Assembly (NCBI GenBank): GCA_046598345.1
Contig: JBKJIT010000004.1
Coordinates: forward strand, 137,226-201,225
DNA from: Minisyncoccia bacterium
GTDB lineage: Bacteria > Patescibacteriota > Minisyncoccia > Phycocordibacterales > UBA918
DNA length: 64,000 bases
Direction: 5' to 3'
The notes under the pieces were generated by a model, which saw only the letters and a program-made list of their open reading frames with translations, was not told the origin of the DNA and did no database searches. Every line of letters starts with the position of its first letter. Position 1 is the stretch's first letter. Both the position numbers and the translations under genes were made by a program. Shown here in pieces: positions 56,514-64,000 of this stretch.

Positions 56514-57341
56514 CTATGTTAGACCCCCAAGAGAAGTAGCTTCCTCTAAGATTTCCGTAATCTTAACACGTGAAAAACCGAGGTTTTGAAGCACATCTGG
56601 GGTTTTTATAAGATCAGAACAAAGGATAATCCCTGCTGCTAGAAGTCGCTGCTTTTGGGCAACACTTAGTTTCGTGAGGACAGTTACTGGATACAGTTTC
56701 CCTCGCTCGATTCTTTCATGGAGCGAAGTTCCTTTTGGGTAATCCCAGCTGAGAAGCTTAAGTCCTGTACATTCAGCATATTTTATTGCCGCCGTCGTAA
56801 ATTTCGTATTTGTGATTACGTATACATTATCAATGCCGCATTCATCTCCCTTACATACGGGATGTGATTTTAGATCAAGAAAACGCGCGTACGAATACAT
56901 CACTACTTGTAAATCAGACTTAGTGCCTGGACGCATATGGAACTTTGCTTCGACGACGAAACTCTCTGCCGGTGTGTACGCCGCAAGATCAACCTCGTGA
57001 AGTGCACACTTCCCTTTGATAAGTAGGCGCTTCTTTACTTTAAATCCCTCGGCCTCAAAAAGCCGTCCTAAGAAATCCTCAAATGGAAAACCAGTAGGTC
57101 CAAGACCATACACGGCTCTGCGTAGGGAATATTTCGCTGCAACATTGTGCTCGTATTCTCTGAGCAGTTCAAACGCCTTTTGGTAAATGACCTGTGTACT
57201 CGCGCCATCAGTGAGCGTAGTTTCTATTTTAGAAACAATTTCATCGATATCGGAATTACGTGCACCAGCGCGCCTAAGCGAGCTCCGTAGTTTAAGTGGC
57301 TTAAAGAGTTCAAGTGTTCCGTCAGCTTTTTTTATCTGCAT
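56514..57341 (-). CDS. ATP-cone domain fused to Mrr-like PD-(D/E)xK restriction endonuclease domain
   Basis: IKKADG..E.F...KL ATP-cone start; FE....LF...G, EVD, VEAK, TN.KFT..A..YA Mrr-like core. Confidence 0.75.
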   Translation of the reverse strand: MQIKKADGTLELFKPLKLRSSLRRAGARNSDIDEIVSKIETTLTDGASTQVIYQKAFELLREYEHNVAAKYSLRRAVYGLGPTGFPFEDFLGRLFEAEGFKVKKRLLIKGKCALHEVDLAAYTPAESFVVEAKFHMRPGTKSDLQVVMYSYARFLDLKSHPVCKGDECGIDNVYVITNTKFTTAAIKYAECTGLKLLSWDYPKGTSLHERIERGKLYPVTVLTKLSVAQKQRLLAAGIILCSDLIKTPDVLQNLGFSRVKITEILEEATSLGGLT

Positions 57342-57343
57342 AA

Positions 57344-58408
57344 TTATGAAATGATGCCCCCGCCCATGCAAACCTCACCATCGTAGAAGACACATGATTG
57401 TCCGGCGGATGGCTGTTCTATTCCGGCAGTTAGCACGGTAAGCATAACACACTCATTTGTATCGTTTGTAATTTCTATTTCAAATGGTTTTTGACGATAT
57501 CTAAATTGTGCCATAAGACGTCTGGGAAGACTGGTACACATTCGATTCACACGTGTGAGTGTGATTGATTCATTTTTTGTATCCAAAACGCGAGGTGATT
57601 CACTCACGGTTATTGTATTTTTTTCAATGTCTTTGGCAATTACATAGTGGGGTCTGCTCTCACTTTCCTTTGTATCAATACTAAAACCATGTCGCTGCCC
57701 CAGCGTGTAAAAATGTGCGCCACCGTGGGTTCCGATTCGCTCACCCTCTATGTTTAGCACTGCTCCTTCGCTCGTCTCTATGTAATGCGAGAGAAATGTT
57801 TCCATATCTACCTGGCCTAAAAAACAAATCCCTTGACTATCCTCTTTGTCAAAAATGGGCAGCCTTGCGTGTTCTGCTTCCTTACGCACGTCAGATTTAT
57901 TCGTGTCCCCAATCGGGAAATATATCTTTGAACGCTGCGCCTCCGTCAATGTGGAAAGAAAGTAACTTTGATCTTTTGATGCGTCCTTCCCTCTGAGAAG
58001 CGCATGACATTCACCTCGCTTCTCGATTTGTGCATAGTGACCCGTTGCGACTTTATCCGCTCCTTGCTCCAAGGCAAAGGTTAGGAATGCGCCAAATTTT
58101 ACGTGTTCATTACACATAATGTCTGGGTTCGGGGTTCTACCCTCTCGATATTCACGAATCATGTAGTCTGCGACTTCTTTTTTATACGCATCCTGCGCAT
58201 CAAAAGTGAGGAACGGAATATTGAGGTGTGCAGCTACACGCATGGAATCAAGACGCTCGCGTTCCCAATTACATTTTAAAAAATCAGGTTGCCAGACTTT
58301 AATAAAAACACCAACAACGGTGTGTCCGCGATCAATGAGGCGTTTGGCTGACACTGCTGAGTCAACGCCTCCAGAAAGTCCTACAAATATTGTTTCGCTC
58401 TTTTCCAT
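57344..58408 (-). CDS. mnmA: tRNA 2-thiouridylase
   Basis: SGGVDS, TPNPD..CN..VKF, ATGHY, KDQSYFL, DSQGICF, GQR.G. Confidence 0.97.
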   Translation of the reverse strand: MEKSETIFVGLSGGVDSAVSAKRLIDRGHTVVGVFIKVWQPDFLKCNWERERLDSMRVAAHLNIPFLTFDAQDAYKKEVADYMIREYREGRTPNPDIMCNEHVKFGAFLTFALEQGADKVATGHYAQIEKRGECHALLRGKDASKDQSYFLSTLTEAQRSKIYFPIGDTNKSDVRKEAEHARLPIFDKEDSQGICFLGQVDMETFLSHYIETSEGAVLNIEGERIGTHGGAHFYTLGQRHGFSIDTKESESRPHYVIAKDIEKNTITVSESPRVLDTKNESITLTRVNRMCTSLPRRLMAQFRYRQKPFEIEITNDTNECVMLTVLTAGIEQPSAGQSCVFYDGEVCMGGGIIS

Positions 58409-58435
58409 GACAAAAAGCTATCATGAATCCGTGAT

Positions 58436-59422
58436 CTACTCCAGATATCGCGCTTTATTCAGTTTATGCTCCTCAAACGTCTTTGCGTAATGAAATGTAC
58501 CATCGGACCCAGTCAGGTAATAAAGGTATTCCGATGGTGTCGGAATAAGTACTGCACGGATTGCTTCGAGTCCCGGGTTGGCTATCGGTGTTGGTGGAAT
58601 TCCTCGATATAGGTAGGTGTTGTAGGGCGAATCAAGTGCTAGGTCATCTGTAGTGAGTTCAGCGCTGGTTTTATCGAGGAGGTAATCGAGGGTCGCATCG
58701 ACCTGGAGTGGCATTTCCAGTTCGAGTCGATTCAAGAGAATTCCTGCGATCAGTTTCATAGACTCTGGAGTCTTCCCTTCACGTTCGAGAATTGATGCGA
58801 GTGTAATAATTTCTTGTTCACTAAGAGTTGAGGATGCAAAAAGATCACTGAGAGATTTTTTCTTCTCTGAGTAGTTGTCCCTCATCATCGCGATGAGATC
58901 AGGGAGAGGCATATCTTCTTCTATAAAATACGTATCGGGAAAAAGATATCCTTCGTATTCACGTGCTGCCTTTTCTATATCGTTTCTGTAGCTTACGGGA
59001 AGTATTTTTTCCATGTCCTTCACTCGAAATCCTTCGGGGAACGTTATTGAAATAAGTGGAGAGGAGTATTCCCCGTTTGCAATGGCATTTCCCAGCTCTG
59101 TCACCGTGAGTTGATGCGGAAAGCGATAGGAGCCAGCCTGCACTATCGAGTCTTTAAGACGTAATTGGAACGTAATATAAAAGTACACACCTGAACGCAC
59201 AAATCCCTCTGCTTTGAGAAGATCAGAGACACTTGAAACAGTCATTCCTTCTTTGATTTGAACATCGGTATCTACTGGAAAGCCATACGGGGGTTGCTCA
59301 AGTCGGTGAAGGGAAAAGATAAGAAAAAGAGCCACGAGAAGTGCTAAAACGATTAAAATCCTTAGAAAGCGATGTTTCCTTAGGCCTGATTCTGTTTCTG
59401 ACGTAAAAATTTCCGTATCCAT
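58436..59422 (-). CDS. mltG: Endolytic transglycosylase MltG
   Basis: EGYLFPDTY, LASILERE, NRL...MPLQ.DAT, SPYNTY...G.PPTPI.NPG. Confidence 0.93.
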   Translation of the reverse strand: MDTEIFTSETESGLRKHRFLRILIVLALLVALFLIFSLHRLEQPPYGFPVDTDVQIKEGMTVSSVSDLLKAEGFVRSGVYFYITFQLRLKDSIVQAGSYRFPHQLTVTELGNAIANGEYSSPLISITFPEGFRVKDMEKILPVSYRNDIEKAAREYEGYLFPDTYFIEEDMPLPDLIAMMRDNYSEKKKSLSDLFASSTLSEQEIITLASILEREGKTPESMKLIAGILLNRLELEMPLQVDATLDYLLDKTSAELTTDDLALDSPYNTYLYRGIPPTPIANPGLEAIRAVLIPTPSEYLYYLTGSDGTFHYAKTFEEHKLNKARYLE

Positions 59423-59424
59423 GT

Positions 59425-60756
59425 TTAGCCGACAGGAAGATTTGGCGGAGCTTCAGCTCGTTTTGAAGGAATGCGCCCAACACCCGGTGTGAGTAATACT
59501 TTGCCCGGTAGGTGGAATATAGTGGCCAGTTCTTCAGTAGTCATAATTTTCCAAATATCTTTTGCAGAATGATTTGTATAGTATCTCCGCTTATATTCAT
59601 CAAGCTCTTGTTTCTTTAGGGCTTCTTTATGATGTCCGTGTCGGTCCTGCCACATGTTCCAGTCAAAATCAGTACGCCATTTAAAGCCAATCACATTCCG
59701 ATTGAGATCATCAAACGCTTTCCAGCCAGTGATAATTGGACCAATCCGCTCACCTGGTAAGTAGGCTTCTGTTCGAGCGATGTACATAGTTCGAATAACT
59801 ACGTTAAAAGGGTTTTTTCCTAAACTACGCTCGATTGCCTTTACTGTCTCTTTTTCAGTGTCCGTAAGCTGCATCATGGATGGGAACTCACTCCCTGACC
59901 TTTTTTGTGCAGTATCCATGATTTTCTTGATTTCACTCCGCGCCTCCTCATTCCAGTCTGCGTGCTTTCGGAGAGACCCTACTTTGAAATTTAATTCGCG
60001 GTGCGCGTTAATGAGGATTTGGGTCCATACGTACTCACCTTCTTTGATATTTGCAAAGGACTCAATAAGCGTTGTGATGGGATCAATTTTTTCCTCTTCC
60101 TTTGGCATGTCATTTAGCCCGTAATCAACATACGTTTTAATTGGGAGTGCATCTGCCTTCTTCAGTCCGAAGTGAATTGAAAAGTATTGGAATTTTTCTG
60201 GATCCCATGGAATTTCTGCAGTGTAATCAACCTCAAGTTCTCGAATTTCAATGCCTGGATACTGTGCATAGAGATGGATCTCTGCAATATTTTTAAACTT
60301 CTTACGAGGCACGTTCATATAAAAACGTACGTCTCCTCCTCGTGAGACTATTTCAAGCCCGTACGTAGGGGGGTGCTTTCCATCCAGATACGTTTGAAAA
60401 TGATTATCAGGTGAGGCTGTTTGATACAGTTGAATAAGAACCTGCTCCATTGCTTCAGGAGATTTAAATACGTCCTGTGGAATTTTAATTTCAAGCGTTA
60501 CCCTACCTTGAGCAATGACGTACACCCGTCGTACGTAGTACATCCAATATTCAAAAAAAAGCAGAAAAGTAGTGATTGGAAGCCAAATAGGTGCGGTCGC
60601 AAAAATCCACTTAAAGGTAGTGAGTGAAGGCATTTCGATGTACCTAAATACAGCGAAGAAAAGAAGCCCTCCGAGAGCAACTAGAATCCAGGCGCTATTA
60701 ATTCCAAATCCTTCAAAGAAGCCTAAGGTTTTACCAACTGGTCCCGCTGATGACAT
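59425..60756 (-). CDS. Conserved hypothetical membrane protein
   Basis: Two to three N-terminal TM; LEIKIP...KSP.AMEQ, YAQYP, ELAT.FHLP, AE.PPNLP. Confidence 0.75.
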   Translation of the reverse strand: MSSAGPVGKTLGFFEGFGINSAWILVALGGLLFFAVFRYIEMPSLTTFKWIFATAPIWLPITTFLLFFEYWMYYVRRVYVIAQGRVTLEIKIPQDVFKSPEAMEQVLIQLYQTASPDNHFQTYLDGKHPPTYGLEIVSRGGDVRFYMNVPRKKFKNIAEIHLYAQYPGIEIRELEVDYTAEIPWDPEKFQYFSIHFGLKKADALPIKTYVDYGLNDMPKEEEKIDPITTLIESFANIKEGEYVWTQILINAHRELNFKVGSLRKHADWNEEARSEIKKIMDTAQKRSGSEFPSMMQLTDTEKETVKAIERSLGKNPFNVVIRTMYIARTEAYLPGERIGPIITGWKAFDDLNRNVIGFKWRTDFDWNMWQDRHGHHKEALKKQELDEYKRRYYTNHSAKDIWKIMTTEELATIFHLPGKVLLTPGVGRIPSKRAEAPPNLPVG

Positions 60757-60778
60757 GTATGTATATTCTATCGTAAAC

Positions 60779-60805
60779 CCCCGGAAAGACTACGTCTTTC
60801 CGGGT
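60779..60805. terminator. Stem-loop / possible terminator
   Basis: CCCGGAAAGAC-tac-GTCTTTCCGGG. Confidence 0.55.
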
Positions 60806-60955
60806 GATAAAGTGCCGGGTACTTTGCAAGACTTTGAGCACAAGGTGAAGGAGGTGAATATCAAAGATAGAGAAGCTGGCCTGGGCCAGTTGATGCGAAA
60901 AGTGTACAGTCTCTGTAAGAGATTTGCAAAACTCCCAATATTCCAGTACCCGTAT

Positions 60956-61981
60956 TTATTCGATCACCATGTAGTTCCCATCAGGAAGTTTTTTGAAAAG
61001 AGTGGTGTCTTGGAGATTTACAATAATTGTGTTGTCCTTCACGTAACGCTCCTTGCGCACTTTATCAATAATTTCTTCACGAGTAAGGGGACCTGAGCGT
61101 GCAAGAATATCGCGGACGACATCCTTCACCACACCAGCAGAGTACCCCCATTCAGTAAGTGCATAGAGACCACGCCCCACCAGAACAAAACGCTTATCTT
61201 TAATGAGTTCATTATGTGTTGTGGCTACGTGTGCCTTTCGGTTGAACAAATTCTTAATTGAGTCAGCAACTTCCTTGAAGTGCATCGGTGAACCATGGCG
61301 CTTAACAGCGAGGTATGCGTAATCTCGAATGCCCTTTGCCCGTACATTATGACTTGTAGCAAGTCCCCATTCTCCGAGCGGGTTACGATCAATTTCCTTT
61401 GAAATTTTAAGCCATCGCTTAAGCACGGCTTCATCATGGTACCGCTCTTCAAGATCTTTAACTTCTTCTTTAAGTCGCTTGATAATATCTTCTTCAGGTA
61501 TAAGTTCTTCTTCTTCAAGTGAATCAAAAATACTTCGAAGAGCCTTTTCAACAGTGTCAGCAATTTTTTTCTCTACATACCAACGATGTGTGAAGTACGA
61601 ATCCTCCCGACTACGATAAAACGGATCACCAATGACAAGGAGAAAATACAAATGGTTGCGCACAGAAATGTCATTTGAAAGCTCATTGAGGAGTGCCTCT
61701 TCACTTACAACTGTACCAAATGAATGAATAACTTCACGAATTTCATCAAAAACTTCTTTAAACTCTTTGTACACTTCTGACTTTTGAATACTGTGGATGC
61801 CGTAGTTCTCGATTTGTCGAACGCGTTCCCGTGTGATGCCATACGTTGTCCCAATAGACTCTAGTGTCTGAGTGGCAGTTGCAGTACCGAGTCCGTATCG
61901 TTTTTCGAGTACGTCCCTAGCTCGATCCGGAAGTACGGAGAGAAGTTTCTTTGTGACTGCTTTAGGTTTAAAAGTGATCAT
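60956..61981 (-). CDS. Sigma70 region-4 HTH protein with C-terminal HARE-HTH/RpoE-like winged helices
   Basis: RYGL....TLESIG..YGITRERVRQIE; PMHF.E, THNELIKD.RFVLVGRGLYAL.EWG. Confidence 0.8.
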   Translation of the reverse strand: MITFKPKAVTKKLLSVLPDRARDVLEKRYGLGTATATQTLESIGTTYGITRERVRQIENYGIHSIQKSEVYKEFKEVFDEIREVIHSFGTVVSEEALLNELSNDISVRNHLYFLLVIGDPFYRSREDSYFTHRWYVEKKIADTVEKALRSIFDSLEEEELIPEEDIIKRLKEEVKDLEERYHDEAVLKRWLKISKEIDRNPLGEWGLATSHNVRAKGIRDYAYLAVKRHGSPMHFKEVADSIKNLFNRKAHVATTHNELIKDKRFVLVGRGLYALTEWGYSAGVVKDVVRDILARSGPLTREEIIDKVRKERYVKDNTIIVNLQDTTLFKKLPDGNYMVIE

Positions 61982-62060
61982 AGGGCTTAAAATATGGCTT
62001 CAGGTGGTGGTTTATATAAAGTATTACTCTTTCTATCACGATAAACAAAGAACGTCAAGT

Positions 62061-63992
62061 TCATTCTCTCATAATAAGATTGATTATTCTTCCCGGCTTA
62101 TAAATAACCTTTGTGGGTGTATCTGTTATACGTGACAAAAGTTCCGGAACATTTCGAATAAAATCCATAACCTCACTCTCTGATGCAGTTGGAGAAACGG
62201 TCACACTTCCCCTAATCTTCCCATTAATTTGAACTCCAATAGTTACTGTTTCATCGACGATTTGAGCAGCATCGAATGTGGGCCATTTCTCAAGATGGAT
62301 AGAAGTAGTCTTCCCTGCATTGTGCCAAAGCTCCTCTGTAAGGTGTGGTGCAAATGGTGCAAGGAGTTTTAGAAAGTCTAGATAATCAGATTCAGAAAGC
62401 CCTTCCTTTTCTGCGTGATTCAAGAAGATCATACACGCACTAATTGCAGTATTGAATTTGTAATCAACCATATCACTCGTTAACTTTGCAATTGTCTTCT
62501 GAAGAAGCTTGTTCACTTCCGTTGCTTTAGAAGATATGTGTGCAGAAAGTCCATTCACACGCTCAAGAAAACGCCTTAGTCCTGCAATTCCCCCCATGTC
62601 CCAAGGGTAGTTAGTTACTTCCCCATATGGACCCATAAATGCAAGGTACATTTTTACCGTATCAGCGCCAAGGAGTTTCACTTGCTCATCTGGATCGATA
62701 ACATTGCCCTTCGATTTACTCATTTTATTTCCGTCGGTGCCTAGAATAAGGCCGCGATTGATACGCCGCACATATGGTTCTGCATCCTTTACTAACTTGA
62801 GATCAAAGAGTGCTTTCTGCCAAAACCGTGAGTAGAGAAGATGCATGGTGGTATGTTCAGCACCGCCAAAATAGGTATCAACGGGCATCCATTCATTTTG
62901 TGCTTCATTGCTCGAAAACTCCCCCGAATTGGCGTTATCAATGTATCTAAGGAAATACCATGAGGAGTCAACAAACGTATCCATCGTTTCGTATTCAGGT
63001 GTCCAACCTTTACCAAATATTCGTTCAACTCGTTCTTTTAATTCAGCGCTTTTGGCAAGTGGTGGTTCTCCTGTTGGTTTGAAATCCACATCAGTTGGCA
63101 AGTGCCACGGCAAATGTTTTTTAGGAATCGAGTGTACGTTACCTTCCGGGTCATACACAATTGGAATTGGCACACCCCAGTAACGCTGGCGACCAATAGA
63201 CCAATCACGAAGGCGGTACGTGTTTGTAAGTTTTCCTCCGAACTTTTTAGTAATTTCCCCTTTGGCGGTTTCCGAATCCATTCCATCAAATTCACCGGAA
63301 TTAATAAGAAGACCATTACCAAGAATGGCGAATTTGGATTCTATACAACTTTTAATTAAATTACGAGTTAGAGCTTCATCATTAATATTAGAAATGTAAT
63401 CTGCACTAACGACCACCGGTTGAACAATCAGGTTATATTTTATTGCAAACTGTAGATCACGATCATCATGTGCAGGAACTGCCATAATCGCTCCGGTACC
63501 GTATCCCCCGAGCACGTAATCGGCAACAAAGATTGGAATCTCCGTACCCGTCGCAGGATTAATTGCTTTAACTCCCTTGAGTTCGACTCCCGTCTTTTCT
63601 TTACTGTTGTCTGTTCGTGCAATTTCATCCTTTTGCTTCGCCCTTTCTACGTATGCTCGCACCTCTCCTTTGTTTTCTAGTACTTCGTGGTCATCTTGGA
63701 GCGCGAGAGTGACCCATTGATGCTCTGGAGCAAGCACGAGGTAGGTAGCACCAAAAAGCGTATCGGGGCGCGTGGTAAATACTGTAAGTGCGGCCTTTTC
63801 TCCATTTGGGCCGCGGTTTTCATTTGCTTTTACGTTCCAGGTAAAGTTAAGCAGGAAACTAAGTTCAGCGCCTTTGGATCGTCCGATCCACTGTCGTTGT
63901 GCCTCTTTTATGTGCTCGGGCCAATCAAGTGCGTCCAATTCATCAATAAGCCTGTCAGCATACTGAGTAATTCTGAGCATCCACTGAGGCAT
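62061..63992 (-). CDS. leuS: Leucine--tRNA ligase (5' part outside the window)
   Basis: WIGRS.G, FTTRPDT, GTGAIMAVPAHD, RQRYWG.PIP, MDTFVDSSWY, GGAEH, KMSKSKGN. Confidence 0.97.
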   Translation of the reverse strand: MPQWMLRITQYADRLIDELDALDWPEHIKEAQRQWIGRSKGAELSFLLNFTWNVKANENRGPNGEKAALTVFTTRPDTLFGATYLVLAPEHQWVTLALQDDHEVLENKGEVRAYVERAKQKDEIARTDNSKEKTGVELKGVKAINPATGTEIPIFVADYVLGGYGTGAIMAVPAHDDRDLQFAIKYNLIVQPVVVSADYISNINDEALTRNLIKSCIESKFAILGNGLLINSGEFDGMDSETAKGEITKKFGGKLTNTYRLRDWSIGRQRYWGVPIPIVYDPEGNVHSIPKKHLPWHLPTDVDFKPTGEPPLAKSAELKERVERIFGKGWTPEYETMDTFVDSSWYFLRYIDNANSGEFSSNEAQNEWMPVDTYFGGAEHTTMHLLYSRFWQKALFDLKLVKDAEPYVRRINRGLILGTDGNKMSKSKGNVIDPDEQVKLLGADTVKMYLAFMGPYGEVTNYPWDMGGIAGLRRFLERVNGLSAHISSKATEVNKLLQKTIAKLTSDMVDYKFNTAISACMIFLNHAEKEGLSESDYLDFLKLLAPFAPHLTEELWHNAGKTTSIHLEKWPTFDAAQIVDETVTIGVQINGKIRGSVTVSPTASESEVMDFIRNVPELLSRITDTPTKVIYKPGRIINLIMRE

Positions 63993-64000
63993 CTCACGTT

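Noticed and set aside
60572-61096. 174-aa + strand ORF spanning the intergenic region
   Set aside because: It overlaps two real minus-strand genes and has no motifs; the region is better explained as structured non-coding sequence.
1-64000. Alternative genetic code (UGA=Gly, as in Gracilibacteria/Absconditabacteria)
   Set aside because: Conserved genes are uninterrupted under code 11, and TGA terminates ftsW, leuS and the M16 catalytic subunit at expected lengths.

Overview
64-kb gene-dense chromosomal segment of a reduced-genome bacterium. Gene content and style point to Patescibacteria/CPR, probably Parcubacteria (inferred from a C-truncated AlaRS, a short archaeal-type AspRS, a short L13, an FtsA-like plus baseplate-J-like gene pair and a sigma70-r4/HARE-HTH fusion). 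Standard code 11 is used, since TGA ends well-conserved genes. Most genes are housekeeping: six aminoacyl-tRNA synthetases (cysS, gltX, aspS, trpS, alaS, leuS), the infA-rpmJ-rpsM-rpsK-rpsD-rpoA-rplQ-rplM-rpsI block, grpE-dnaK-dnaJ, a cell-wall cluster (dac-mraY-ftsW-murG, murI, mltG, M23), scpAB, ung, mnmA and proteases. No rRNA, tRNA, CRISPR array or transposase was recognised. Main unexplained signals: (1) two families of intergenic ~90-125-nt structured elements, three copies each, with conserved loop motifs and compensatory stem changes; (2) an AT-rich cassette (EamA-like exporter, orphan PurD-like ATP-grasp ligase, small membrane protein, multi-TM sensor of a histidine kinase) organised like a signal synthase/exporter/receptor module; (3) a T-box riboswitch with a likely AAC (Asn) specifier upstream of aspS; (4) pervasive leaderless-type promoters (TAnnnT-N6-7-ATG); (5) a secreted lysozyme-like gene apparently starting at ATA, a NUDIX pseudogene with an internal deletion, a perfect 42-bp palindrome before grpE, and a candidate ncRNA containing AAGGAGGTGA. 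All family assignments come from recognising motifs by eye; no searches were run.
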